This document shows positions 47,859 through 59,347 of a DNA stretch of 64,000 nucleotides, in pieces (position 1 is the stretch's first letter; each line of letters begins with the position of its first letter). This stretch comes from Diplonema japonicum (Eukaryota > Protista > Euglenozoa: Diplonemea). Both the position numbers and the translations under genes were made by a program. Below the pieces are notes generated by a model. The model had not been told where the DNA came from. It did not search any database and worked only from the letters and a program-made list of their open reading frames with translations. The stretch is taken from the NCBI GenBank assembly GCA_964019335.1, contig OZ025661.1, positions 186,001 to 250,000 on the forward strand, read 5' to 3'.

Positions 47859-49589
47859 TCATAGCTTCCGTCTCCTCGGCACGGCCATGCCCACGGGGCC
47901 CAGCTGCAGCATGTGCCGCAGATCGTTCCGGATTTCGGGTGACGTAGCTTCCCACTCTTCGCAGTCGTTCTGATAGTTCGCGCAAAATGCGGCCTCCTGA
48001 CGGGTGGTGCTGCCCGAAGTTGTGGAGAACGAGTTGGGCAACGGCATCGGGTTGTGCAGCGCTGCGAATTGAGGAGCAGAAGGAGGGCGGACAGAGGTTA
48101 AAGGAGAAGGGGCTTTGCAGCTATCGTGGACGGTGTCTTTGGACTTCTGAATTTTCGAGCGCAAACCCGTGCGTTTTGGTGGAGCGGAGGCCGTTCTTTT
48201 GGGCTTGCACCACACCAGAGGCGTCACTTTGGGAACCTGCGTCTTGACGCGGGGTTCTCGGCGCTCCCCGTTGAGGGGTTCAGCTTGGAGGTACTCCATA
48301 GCAGACCGGGGAACACGCCGTGGGTCACACGCTGATGCGAGCCAAGCGTTTCCCGGACGGTGTTTTGTGATTGCTTTACGGATTTTGGAGACGAGCTCCG
48401 CACGACGAGCTGCTGCACGGCGCACATTGACAACACCCTCCGTGACAGCGATGGGACGGGGGGGCCTGTTCACGTTGTTCCCGCCTTTCTTTTTCTTCAC
48501 AGCTTGTTTGAACGAACCAGGAACGGGCGACGGCAGCTCTTGAATAACCTTCCCTACCATCTTGTTAACAGGGTGGGATAGGAGTTCTTCTAACTGCTCG
48601 CAGAGGTCGCACGTTGTATCGCTGTCAGTGTCTCCAAAGGGAGCCAGCAACGGGGGGTTCAGAGGCTGCATTTTGTAAAACGATGAAATGGTTGCAGAAG
48701 AGTTGCAGCTTGAGGTGTCCACATCGCCGTAGAACGCACGTGAGGTCCCCGCCGACGACGAAGGGGACAGACCGCTGCCTTCTAGCTTCCATCGAAGCTC
48801 ATCGTAAGCTGTTTGAGACGAAGCTTCGCTTAGAACACCCTTGTTGGACATCCTCCTCAGTAGCTTGATCTGTTGTAAAACAGAACAGCAGGCTGCGTTG
48901 GAGCCGAGCCGCACGGAAATGTCTTCCTCGTCTGATTCCTCTTCGGGTTGGGGTTCTGTGTCCGTTATCGATTCGTCAGCTGTCCCGTTTTGGACAATTG
49001 CAGGCGTGCTGTTTTCCTGTTCCAGTGCAAGCCTTTCTACGTCTATATCGTTCGCAAGGGAGATGTGTAAGGAGTCTGGTGACTGAAAATCGTCAGAGAA
49101 GGAGAATGGTTCGCCTACAGGGCGTCTTGTTGGCCATGACGAGTTGAAAATCGATTTCTCCCTGTTCAATGGGTTCTTGTTCGCCAAGAAGCGGATACGG
49201 TGGGAGCTACGGCATGTGGAAAGGGGCGACACAAGAGAATTTTGATCGAATGCGGTTTCGTACTGGCTGGCTGATCGTTGGCCAGGTGACTGCTCCGGCT
49301 TTTCACCGTTGTCTTCAGACGAGACATCTGGGGACAGCATCGCGGCAAATGTATCGAGGTTCATTCTCTCGGGTACCACCCATGGAGGAGTCAACTTAAA
49401 TTGCTCGCATACCTCCACCAAGCTCTTCCCTTCGACCTCATAGGCGTTCCCCCCTGTCATCGACTCGAACGCCTCCCTTACTCCCATTTCCGGATTGTTC
49501 TTATCGGCCGTTCTTTTTCCATCTGTGTCCCCTATCACCATCTCACCTTTCGGGCGATAAGGAAAGACTCTCGCTACTCTTTTGTCCAT
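47859..49589 (-). CDS. Hypothetical, largely disordered protein (576 aa)
   Basis: Long ORF on the coding strand, S/P-rich. Confidence 0.7.
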   Translation of the reverse strand: MDKRVARVFPYRPKGEMVIGDTDGKRTADKNNPEMGVREAFESMTGGNAYEVEGKSLVEVCEQFKLTPPWVVPERMNLDTFAAMLSPDVSSEDNGEKPEQSPGQRSASQYETAFDQNSLVSPLSTCRSSHRIRFLANKNPLNREKSIFNSSWPTRRPVGEPFSFSDDFQSPDSLHISLANDIDVERLALEQENSTPAIVQNGTADESITDTEPQPEEESDEEDISVRLGSNAACCSVLQQIKLLRRMSNKGVLSEASSQTAYDELRWKLEGSGLSPSSSAGTSRAFYGDVDTSSCNSSATISSFYKMQPLNPPLLAPFGDTDSDTTCDLCEQLEELLSHPVNKMVGKVIQELPSPVPGSFKQAVKKKKGGNNVNRPPRPIAVTEGVVNVRRAAARRAELVSKIRKAITKHRPGNAWLASACDPRRVPRSAMEYLQAEPLNGERREPRVKTQVPKVTPLVWCKPKRTASAPPKRTGLRSKIQKSKDTVHDSCKAPSPLTSVRPPSAPQFAALHNPMPLPNSFSTTSGSTTRQEAAFCANYQNDCEEWEATSPEIRNDLRHMLQLGPVGMAVPRRRKL

Positions 49590-50046
49590 TTAAAGTGCAT
49601 CATGTGTACTCTGAGTGAAGTATCAACACTGTCCGACCCCCCTCGAAAGAAAAGTACGTTGAAAAAAAAGGGGGGGGGGAGGTCGACCAAAAGAAGAATG
49701 AATTTCAAACATTCTTCTCCCCGCCTTTCGTGAAAACAGAAGTTTTACGAGTAGAAGCAGGGAACGTGGTTTTTCTTTTTAGCATGCGGTGAAAGAAGGG
49801 AAATCGATTCATTTTAGGGAGCAAAGCCCCCTCGTGGCAGGCAATTCCTTCATCAGACGAGAGGCATCCGTTCTGATACGGCAAGAGAATACTATTCCCA
49901 TCCAAAAATAAAGAGGGAGGGAAAAAAAGCCATCTGTAGAAACCTATGTAGGAATCTTTAAAAAAAAGGTTTTTCGAAGAAACACATAAAAGTAATGAAA
50001 ATTTCCTTTTCGTGATTTTTTTTTTTCCTCCCACCACCTCCTCCAC

Positions 50047-52980
50047 TCAAATTAAAGGTAAGCTGATACAATTGCTGGAGCTTGGTATCGATCCGCTGAC
50101 CCCGCCGTTGTACAACTGCTCAGTACGGGCCAGGGATTTCGGGAAGGGCAGGTGTTTGGGGAGGACCTTTTGCACCCTTTTACGGAGGTCCTCGCGTTCG
50201 TTTTCCTTGCGTCTGATTAGTTCGGAGACGAGCTTGCGCTCCTCATCTTTTCTCTCTCTTTCCACTTCCGCGGACGGTTTTACTGTATTTTCGTCCAGTT
50301 TCCTCTCCAGCCTCTCGATGATCCTGCGTTGCTCAACTGCATAGTTTTCAAGCACAGCACATTTCTTCGCCATTTCGGTAATCTTGCATGTCACGTCCTC
50401 AACGCCCACGCCACATGCCGCCCCCAGCCTCTCCACAGCAGCATTGATCTCTCCCGATGCTTTTGCGTGAATCGCAAAAGCAAACGGGTTGGGGTACATT
50501 CTTTTCATCTCATCTATCAAATGGTGCTCCGTGCCGGCATGGGCACGTGCCGTAGGAGACGGCACGCTCTCCAGCTCGCTCTGTCCAAAAACCCTCGACG
50601 CAAGTTCCTTGGGAAGGACCTGAACGAGGTGGATACCCCCGGTGATGCCCTTCAACTTGAAAACTCCCAGCTGCTTGGCCTCAATTTCACAACACACCAG
50701 ACCTTTATGCTTCATGATTTCATTAAACGTCGGCCCCGATAGTAAAATCTGCCCGCCGTGGCTGACGTGTGCCACACGAGCAGCGAGATTAACGACGGGA
50801 CCGAAATAGTCCATGCGGCCGGTGACGGGGTCACGTGCGCAGGATGGCCTACCTTGGTGGAACCCCATTCGGACACGGAAGCCGCTCCACAAACCAGGGA
50901 CACTCGCAGTGTTGTCGATGGTGTTGAATGCTTCGGGCCAGGTGGTAGTGAGGAGTTGTTGCTGGACAGAGAGAGTCCAGTTCAAAGCGTCGAGAGGAGA
51001 CGAGAAGGAAACCATGAAGCTGTCGCCTTCCGTCTTGACCTCGAACCCGCACCAGCGACGGATCAACTTCCGAATAAGTACATTGTGCATCTCAAGCGCT
51101 GCGCTCATCGCGATCTCGTGGTGTTCCCACAGTGATGTTGATCCCTGCACGTCGGTGAAGACTATAGTTACCTCGCCTGTCGGAGCTGGGAACGAGCCGT
51201 CCTCCTCAAGAGACACCCCCGTGGGATGCTCGCAGTACGCCGCGTTGAGGTACATCGCCGTTGAGTACTTCCGTGCGATCTCTTCGTAGTCGTACACGAA
51301 ACAGGTGCCCAGGGAACTGTTGTGTCTGATGAGGTACCGGTCGTCGGAGCTCATGTTTATGGTGTTGACAGCGGCGACCATTGTCTTCTCCTTCTTCTTG
51401 TGCTTCGGCTGGTGCTCGCCCAGGTTCGTCATGTAAGGGAACCGACACACAAATGTTATCTTCAAGGTTTCAATGGAGAACAGAAACAGATCCCTGCACG
51501 TCATGCTCGTGCGCAACACCAAGAAGTCCCCCGAGTGCAGGAACGTGGCGGAGAATCTCTCCTCGGAGGTGTCATCAGTCTCGATGCAGGCGAGCAGCGT
51601 CCCAGCAAACTCCTGCGACTCGTCGGGACGCTTTGCCGGCAGCTTGTGAACCTCAATCCCAGTTGATATCTGTAGAAAATACGAATGAGGCGCGCATGCT
51701 ATTCTAGGTGCCAGTTTACATGTCAATCCGCAAGACGAGTGAACGCCCCTCCCGCGTTTGTCCATAATTCTAGTGAATTTTCTTTCATGGATGGACCAGA
51801 CGATTGAAGAATCCGGGTCTTCAGGTGACACCACGCACGTCACATGATGCGGGTGCACTGCTTTGACAATGCTAGGCAGCAGCTCTAGCGAATGAGTGTA
51901 AACCAACGCATTGTCGGTGATCCAGTCTGGAGAAGCCGCTGCGTGGCGTAGAACGGCGTCCGTGGTGAGCCGCAGCGCCGTGCAGTTGAAGACGTAGACC
52001 GTGAAGGTGTACCCTTGCGTTTCGTCGAAGTACGTACTCTCAGGGAAATCGGAAGCTTGAGAAGCTTCGAACCCCAGTGTCGTTTCTGTCACGAGGCATA
52101 TGGACACATGGTTGTTCCGTGAGGACAGTACATCGAAGTTTACAGATCCCGCCAATAAATTCGCCTGTATTTTCATATCGTATCTCTCGGTGAAGGTCGC
52201 GTTGCGCACTGACGTCGGTGTCGAGTTCACGACGGAAGGGCAGTACGCGAGGTGCGGGCTGTGTGTTTCGCTGATGATCGTCATGTCCTCGCCGATCTCC
52301 AAGACTACACCGTTGTCCATGAAAATGAACTCTGCCCCGTTAGGACACCCTATCCTTTGGAAGTGCTGCGGGTTGTTATGCCACTCAGACGTGTAGATCA
52401 CCTTGCTGTCGTTCGATGTTATACTTTGCAGGCTGAGGACGCCTCCCGCAAGGCTGTACACGATGTCGGGGTACACGGCCGACGGGAGCGTCATTGCACC
52501 GACACCACCACTGGCTTGGAACGAGCTGACGATTCTGTCGTGCTCTCGTTGTTTGAAAAGCGGCTCTGTTTCGTAGCCGTATTTCTTGATGATCTTCAAC
52601 ACGGAACTGGCGTAGTCTGCCTCGAAATTCTTCAGCTGGGACAACGGAGTCATGCCTTCCTTGTTCGCCGTGTACAAAGAAGCACCTTTGCTCAGCAGTT
52701 TCTTTATAACTATACATCTTTTCACCGGGTCGTCGATCACACTGCAAGCAAGGTGCATCGGTGTTCGACCATCACTCGAGCTGCAGTTCGCCGACTTCAT
52801 TGTTATCAAGCTGTCAAGTGCCTCCAAATCCAAAGTACCGTTCTCTTCGAGCAAAGCCTTGTGAAGCTCGCTCAGCCCTGCACTTTGCGTCGTCCTCAGC
52901 TGTACTCTGTTCTCCGCCAGCTTCTGTTGCTCTTGCCGTGCCCCCATGTTCTCTCCCCCTTTCCCTTCCTGCACAGCCAT
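50047..52980 (-). CDS. Ankyrin repeat + class III adenylate/guanylate cyclase (ORF open to 53178)
   Basis: DGRTPMHLAC; APTGEVTIVFTDVQGSTSLWE, EVKTEGDSFM, DYFGPVVNLAARV. Confidence 0.92.
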   Translation of the reverse strand: MAVQEGKGGENMGARQEQQKLAENRVQLRTTQSAGLSELHKALLEENGTLDLEALDSLITMKSANCSSSDGRTPMHLACSVIDDPVKRCIVIKKLLSKGASLYTANKEGMTPLSQLKNFEADYASSVLKIIKKYGYETEPLFKQREHDRIVSSFQASGGVGAMTLPSAVYPDIVYSLAGGVLSLQSITSNDSKVIYTSEWHNNPQHFQRIGCPNGAEFIFMDNGVVLEIGEDMTIISETHSPHLAYCPSVVNSTPTSVRNATFTERYDMKIQANLLAGSVNFDVLSSRNNHVSICLVTETTLGFEASQASDFPESTYFDETQGYTFTVYVFNCTALRLTTDAVLRHAAASPDWITDNALVYTHSLELLPSIVKAVHPHHVTCVVSPEDPDSSIVWSIHERKFTRIMDKRGRGVHSSCGLTCKLAPRIACAPHSYFLQISTGIEVHKLPAKRPDESQEFAGTLLACIETDDTSEERFSATFLHSGDFLVLRTSMTCRDLFLFSIETLKITFVCRFPYMTNLGEHQPKHKKKEKTMVAAVNTINMSSDDRYLIRHNSSLGTCFVYDYEEIARKYSTAMYLNAAYCEHPTGVSLEEDGSFPAPTGEVTIVFTDVQGSTSLWEHHEIAMSAALEMHNVLIRKLIRRWCGFEVKTEGDSFMVSFSSPLDALNWTLSVQQQLLTTTWPEAFNTIDNTASVPGLWSGFRVRMGFHQGRPSCARDPVTGRMDYFGPVVNLAARVAHVSHGGQILLSGPTFNEIMKHKGLVCCEIEAKQLGVFKLKGITGGIHLVQVLPKELASRVFGQSELESVPSPTARAHAGTEHHLIDEMKRMYPNPFAFAIHAKASGEINAAVERLGAACGVGVEDVTCKITEMAKKCAVLENYAVEQRRIIERLERKLDENTVKPSAEVERERKDEERKLVSELIRRKENEREDLRKRVQKVLPKHLPFPKSLARTEQLYNGGVSGSIPSSSNCISLPLI

Positions 52981-53253
52981 CTGGATCAACCTCACCGCCC
53001 TCACAACGAGCAACAGTATCCTCAAGGGCGGGGAAATCTGTTTCTTCCCGAAGCCTCTGTAGTAAAAACTCCGGTTTTCTCTCTTCGGCTTCTCGGGAAT
53101 CTTTTTCTGGCTCGCATTCTTTGTGATGATCCCCGAGGCGGTGATGGGCTCTAACACAAAACGTCCCATTTTCCCCATTGCCCCCCCTCCCCCTTCCTCC
53201 CCCTTTCGAAAAGAAGAAATTCACTATGGGTTAGTAACGACTAACAAAAAGGG

Positions 53254-53285
<32 letters not shown>

Positions 53286-54167
53286 TAGCTGGTGACAGCC
53301 GGCCAATGTTTGCCTTATCCTTGTCTCTCCGCCGAGCACCGTCACCCTAGCACAGACTTCCCTGAAATGACTCGCTTAAGGGGAGGTGTCGTTACGCACC
53401 TAGGCCCGGAAAGGTCTTGCTGCCCCTAAAGATATTGACCGGTCCCCGAGCGCAAGGTGGGCAACCAAGGCAAAGATCACAAAAGGATCGAACAAAAAGC
53501 CTTATCAAGGCCACTATAGGTCCCGGCCTAGAATTTTGAGCTGGGCACGTGATGACAATCTGGACACGAAAGATGGTGAGCGGTGATACAAAATCCCGGA
53601 ATCCAGCTTTCACTAAGAATCCTGATTTCGGCACTATTTGTAACCGCATCTTCTTTTCATTTCTTTTTTCCCTCTTTTCTTCTCTTCTTCCTTCTCTCTC
53701 TTTTCTTGGATCCCTCCTTCACGGTATTTTGAAATTAGCGGGCTGAGCCCTGCGATGGGGGGGGGGGAGGAAAAAAAAAACTGCAATGTGAAAACAAACT
53801 GGTGAGGTAAAGATTTAGATATCGTTCGGTTTTGTTCCCCCCCCCCCCAAAAAAAAATCACCAGTTTCTTTTTTTTTTCCATTACAGTATTTTCAATATA
53901 GTTCAATCAAAAGAAAAAAAAGAGAAAAAAGAAAAAAAAACTAAATAGTGAGTTGCTCAACAACATATTGGCGATCTTGCAACGGCCACCACCTCCATCT
54001 GGAGGGGTTTTGTGGACATTCTTCTTTCGCTATGCGAAGCTAACGCGAGTACGCCTCCACCAGTTCGTTATTATTTCCAGCTCGTTATTTTCTAAACTGC
54101 AACGGTATAAATAGCTCTCCCTTGCACATCTTTGAGGCACACTTTTTTTTCCTCCTTCCATGTTTGT

Positions 54168-54488
54168 TTACTGTCCTGGTTGCCAGACCGTGGCGTTGGG
54201 GTTCAACTGGGTAGTGGGAAGTGAAGCGGCCATCATGGGGAAAGGCATTTGCTGCTGGGATGCAAGATTGAGGTAAGCTGCTTGCTGTTGTTGTTCCTCG
54301 GTGCTGGCGACACCACGCTGCTGCTTAATCATCAGCGCCAGTTGTGCAATAAGGTCGTCCCGCTGCTTCAACTTTGCGTTCATCTCTCCAAGGTCCCGCT
54401 TCATCTTCTCGTTCACAGCAATCTGGTTGTGCATGCTCTGGAGAAGCCCTTGCTTCTGCATCAGCATCATGTCCAAGATGTATGTCAT
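54168..54488 (-). CDS. Small coiled-coil protein with C-terminal PAM2w-like motif, copy 1
   Basis: TQLNPNATVWQPGQ*; tandem paralog nearby. Confidence 0.75.
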   Translation of the reverse strand: MTYILDMMLMQKQGLLQSMHNQIAVNEKMKRDLGEMNAKLKQRDDLIAQLALMIKQQRGVASTEEQQQQAAYLNLASQQQMPFPMMAASLPTTQLNPNATVWQPGQ

Positions 54489-54870
54489 TCTTCAACTCCT
54501 GCATGTTCGTCAATAATAAGCAATGGAATGACGAGGCTGGAACGAACGTGACAATCTCGTGTCAGAAGAAAAAAAAAGAGCTAAGACGGATAAAAAGGTA
54601 AGAAGAAAAAAGCATCATACGGTCTTCATAAGCGGAAGCTCACACGTAGCATATCATTCTTTCCTGTCGAAAGCTGCTTCACCACGATGCCGCTATAATC
54701 TGCCCCCTCAAGAATGCATCGCCCACCCTTAAGGTGTTGTACAGGACGAAGTCTCTCATTTTCCTTCTTACAAATATAGAAGAAGTACTTTAAAAAAAAA
54801 AAAAAAGAAAGAAACAATGCCAAGATATAAGCACACTCCCTCCCCTCCTCCTCTTTTATTAATAACACTA

Positions 54871-55251
54871 TTACTGTCCTGGTTGCCAGGCCGTGGCATT
54901 GGGGTTCAGTTGGGTGGAAGGAACATTTGCGGCCACGGAGAACGGCTGGGCCTGGGCTACAGGGGACGGAAAGGACATCTGTTGCTGGGACGCAAGGTTG
55001 AGGTACGCCGCCTGCTGCGGCTGTTGCTGCTGTGGTTGTTGTTCCTGTTCCTTGCTCCCCCCGGTGCTGGCGACACCACGCTGCTGCTTAATCTGCAGCG
55101 CCAGTTGTGCAATAAGGTCGTCCCGCTGCTTCAACTTTGCGTTCATCTCTCCAAGGTCCCGCTTCATCTTCTCGTTCACAGCAATCTGGTTGTGCATGCT
55201 CTGGAGAAGCCCTTGCCTCTGCATCAGCATCATGTCCAAAATGTGGGTCAT
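54871..55251 (-). CDS. Small coiled-coil protein with C-terminal PAM2w-like motif, copy 2
   Basis: TQLNPNATAWQPGQ*; N-terminal half near-identical to copy 1. Confidence 0.75.
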   Translation of the reverse strand: MTHILDMMLMQRQGLLQSMHNQIAVNEKMKRDLGEMNAKLKQRDDLIAQLALQIKQQRGVASTGGSKEQEQQPQQQQPQQAAYLNLASQQQMSFPSPVAQAQPFSVAANVPSTQLNPNATAWQPGQ

Positions 55252-55360
55252 TTTCTTTTTTTTTTCTTCTTCTTCTTCCCCCCTCCTGTAGTCCAACCTT
55301 TAAAAAGACAAAAACAAAACCAAAAAAAGGAAAAAAGAAAAGAAAAATCAAAACTCCCCG

Positions 55361-56461
55361 CTAGCAATCTATCAACTTATCAAATTCAGACAACTGGATA
55401 CTCGGGCTGGGACGAACAGTGTACGCCCCTGCAATCTTTGCGTGGACAGCAGGATCTAACTGGTCATAAAGAGGTGGGTTGTGGGTGAATTCTCTCAAGT
55501 AGGTGAACGCTTCCTGATGAGCACCGATTGTTGTGCACAGTTTGTGTAAATTTATTTCGATCGAAGGGTGCGTCAGTTCGAAGGTTTGAAGCTTGCTGTA
55601 CCATTCTTTTGCGTAGGTATACGCATCGCGTGTACCGATTGTGGCGAGGCACTTGAACAAGCTTTTGGTCGTCTTCAAGGAAGGCTTCTTGTAAGGCCGT
55701 GCTGCTACCGCCATCTCGAAGACCTTCTTCAAAGAAGGAAGACTTCGCGAGAGCGCAAAAGTTTCCATGTACAACACAATATAAGAGTCCCGGTCAGGAG
55801 GAATGTTACCCGTGTTTAAAAGGTGCATTGCGAGATTTTGTTCTTGAAATCTTTTACAGATTAACAACAGGCTTCTATGCAGCCCGGCTTGTGCGTACTT
55901 GTTGTCGTCCCATTTTTCGAGTGCTTCGTTGTACAGCATCACCGCCTCAGAGACTGAACCAGAGCATGAGATCGCAATGTTGTCGAAAATGGCTGAGTAC
56001 ATTGGGGCTAGGTCGGATAAGACGTTTCGTTTTTCGAGTTTTCTTGTTGCGTCTCTTGCTTGAAGGATATTGCCCACCTTGAGGTGCAGCAGTATGTAGT
56101 AGAGCTGCAGGACTGGGCTTGGATGGAACTTTAGGAAGTCCTTGCAGTATAACAGAAGATTATGTTGATCTCTGAAATCGCACTCCTTCGTGTTGCGCAA
56201 GATGTGCCTTCCGAGCTTGCTGTGGAACCAGTACATTCGATCCTCGTCCTCCACTTTCATCCGTGTCATTCCGCAGGCGGTTTGTGCGAGGTTTAGAGGG
56301 CGCGGCGTGCGGCCCATCATCATCAAGTAGCCCATCGCTTGGTAACACAAGGGGTCCTTGTCTACTGCTTCAGCCAGATCCAAGTGGGATAACTTGTGTG
56401 CTTTAAAGTCCTTTTCCAAAGTGTGCGACCATGCGCTGGAACACAGTCGTGTCCGTCTCAT
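55361..56461 (-). CDS. Helical-repeat (PPR/TPR-like) protein, possibly mitochondrial
   Basis: Start MRRTRLCSS resembles a targeting peptide; IPPDRDSYIVLYM and KPSLKTTKSLFK are PPR-like. Confidence 0.55.
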   Translation of the reverse strand: MRRTRLCSSAWSHTLEKDFKAHKLSHLDLAEAVDKDPLCYQAMGYLMMMGRTPRPLNLAQTACGMTRMKVEDEDRMYWFHSKLGRHILRNTKECDFRDQHNLLLYCKDFLKFHPSPVLQLYYILLHLKVGNILQARDATRKLEKRNVLSDLAPMYSAIFDNIAISCSGSVSEAVMLYNEALEKWDDNKYAQAGLHRSLLLICKRFQEQNLAMHLLNTGNIPPDRDSYIVLYMETFALSRSLPSLKKVFEMAVAARPYKKPSLKTTKSLFKCLATIGTRDAYTYAKEWYSKLQTFELTHPSIEINLHKLCTTIGAHQEAFTYLREFTHNPPLYDQLDPAVHAKIAGAYTVRPSPSIQLSEFDKLIDC

Positions 56462-56891
56462 TTTTTTTTTCTTCTTTTTTTTTTTTTTTTTTGCTTGAAC
56501 AAGAAAAAAAGAATTATTGCAAAAAAAAAAAAAGTGGAGGCAGCGACATCGATCCTTCTGAGCTGACAGCTGTCCTGTTCCCCGAGGGAGCGCCTGCGGG
56601 GGGTGTGATCGAGAACATAAGACAGGCTTCCACTGCCCAAGGTACATGGTATCCTAGCAAGCCTTCTCCGTGAGCAAGTGTTGACCGTTGGGTTACTTTC
56701 TTTGCAGGGTGATACCGGGAAAACAACAAAAAAAAAAAAATACGAAAAAGAAATTTCAAAAGCTAGAAAACAAAAAAAAAAAAAAAAAAAAAAAAAATGG
56801 AAATGAAGATAAAGACTAACAGAATGGGGGGCAGAAGGGAAGGAGGGAGTGTACTCGTAAAACACCCGGAAAAAGAAAAAAAAAAACTTTT

Positions 56892-56922
<31 letters not shown>

Positions 56923-57661
56923 CTTCTATGGAAAAAGCGTGAAGGAGATATAGATTGAAAAAATAAAAAAAAGGGGGCAGGCGAGCTAGACGGGGTTGAT
57001 GTGCAATTTGGGGTTTATCCTACAGAAAAGGTTAAACCCGAACAAAGTTCCCTCAACCCCTCCCCTTTTTTTTCACACCATATAATACAATCCATTTTGT
57101 GAAGAAAAAAGAAAGTCGGCTGCCAAACCACACCCGACACCATTAAAGCCACCGAAAGTTCTCGGAGAGAGGCGGGTATTTCTTTTCACTTTTAGAAAAA
57201 TAAAAAAGTCAACCTTCTCACCGAAAATGAGAGACTACCGGTAAAGTAAAATTTTTGGTTTGGTATGTTTTTTTTTTTTCCCCTCTTTTTTTTTTTTTTT
57301 TCCCGTTCTTTTCTCTACTGGGGGGGGGGGGCTTTTTTTTTTCTCCCCCGTTTCTACCAAAAAGAATTTTTTTTTGTTTTAAAAGCGCCAGGAAATAAAA
57401 AACATTTCTGCTTTTTGGCTGGCTCTACTGCTAATGAGGGGGAAATGGCCGATTCGCTTATTTGTGCATAGGAAGTAACCTAGAGAAGCTTAAAACCCGT
57501 GAACACGTTGCCAGCGGTCCCCTTTTGTTTATTCAAGTCAAAGACCCATTTCTTTACATTGTCTTTTTTTTTTTCTTTTCGTTTCTTTTCTTTTTTTTCC
57601 GAATTGGTACTTAAGGTTTCTCCTTAAAAGATACATTATTAAAATAAATCTTTTAGATAAA

Positions 57662-57694
<33 letters not shown>

Positions 57695-58106
57695 AAGAAA
57701 GAAGAAGGAAAGGGATACAGACAGGCTACTTGAAGTAGGTTCCAGTTCTTTTTGGGCAGCATCACATCAACTTTTTTTTTTCTTTTTTTTAAAGCTGTCA
57801 TCAAAAGTGTTGATTAGAAAAGTTTAAAAAAAAAAAAAAAAAATGTTGCTGTGACATTGGCACAGCAGAGGGGCTTTGTTGGTACATAATTCTATCAATT
57901 AATAGATGAAAAATTCAATTCTACTCACAAAAAAAGTATTCATTACCAACAAATTATGTGTCAAAATATATTATTTTTTCTTTTTTTTTTTCTTTTTTCC
58001 AGTTTAGAGTCTTATTACACCCTTTTCGTCATTATGCGAAATAAAGAACCAATTCACCAACTTCTCCAAATTTCTTTTTTTTTTGATTAAGAAATATTTT
58101 TTGGTC

Positions 58107-58148
<42 letters not shown>

Positions 58149-58686
58149 TTGCAAAATGACGGAAAGGATACCTTTTAATAGAAATTGTGTAGGTAAGTTA
58201 TTTGCATTCCTTTTCCTTTTCTTTCTTGTTTGTTTTGCTGGTTTGCTAATTTATGTGCTCATCCGGCTGGTAGTTGCAGAGGCAGAACAGTTGGGTTTTT
58301 TTTTTTTTTTTCTCTCACTTTTTTTTCTCCCCCCCCCCGCTTTTTTCCTTCCCCAATATAATACCGCAATTTAAATCAATAAATTGCTGCAAAATGTAGG
58401 CCGCTAAAAAAAAAAAAAAAAAAAATCGTTACTTTAAGACTGTATTGAAATCCCACCATTGGTTTTCGAAATCGAAAAAAAGTTCCATAATGTTACTTTA
58501 TGTTCAAATACGGTATTATTGATTTTTTTTTTTTTGAAAAATAAAAAAGAGACATTTTGCAATACAAAATACTTCTTGCGTAAGGCCACAGCGTCACTAT
58601 AAAACGAAAAACGTATTAAAAAAAATCTCTTAATTATTTTCTGGGGCTAAAAAACCTGCAGCTTCACCCCGTCTAAAAAAAAAGAG

Positions 58687-58723
<37 letters not shown>

Positions 58724-59128
58724 AGACCCCCTCCTTTCCGATGTTTGCCTCGGTACCAAATCTTTTCTTTTGGCCTTTCTTTTTTTTTTTTTTCGCTTTC
58801 CTTTTTTTTTCCTTCTTAAATATATATATAAGAAAGAAGGGAAAAAAAAAAAAAAAAAGAACCAAAGTTTTGTTGTTTGTACAAATCTAGTTGAGCCAAC
58901 CGAAAGGGTAACCGACAATGTTGCCACTATTCTTTTTTTTTTAGCAAAAGACAATAATTGTTAAAAAATGGAGACAATAATTGAAGGAAAAAAAATCAAC
59001 GTAAATAAAAAAAAAAAATTCGAGGGGTGGCATTAGAGGGGAGGTGGCAACAACACACCCAAGTTCCTTTCCTTTAAAAAAAAAGGGGGAGGCAAATGTG
59101 TACATGTGGGATGAGAATGAAAAAAAAA

Positions 59129-59347
59129 CTCATAGTAAAAGACAATCCCACTCGAGGACAGCCTCTTGTGGTGTGAGTTCCTATCTATTAATGCTCCCCT
59201 TCTGGAGCATAGCCTTCGTTCCTATTGTCGCCTTTAAAGCTCTTCGTAGTCTCGACACGCGTTCTTTCTTGTATGTCCCTTTCAACTCCTGTAGCTTTTG
59301 CGCTGTCTGTCTTGATGCGAAGATCGGTCTCCTGTTAAAGCCTATTG

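Noticed and set aside
53549-53625. C/D snoRNA candidate (GTGATGA...CTGA)
   Set aside because: It is on the non-coding strand, with no terminal stem and no recognisable rRNA guide.
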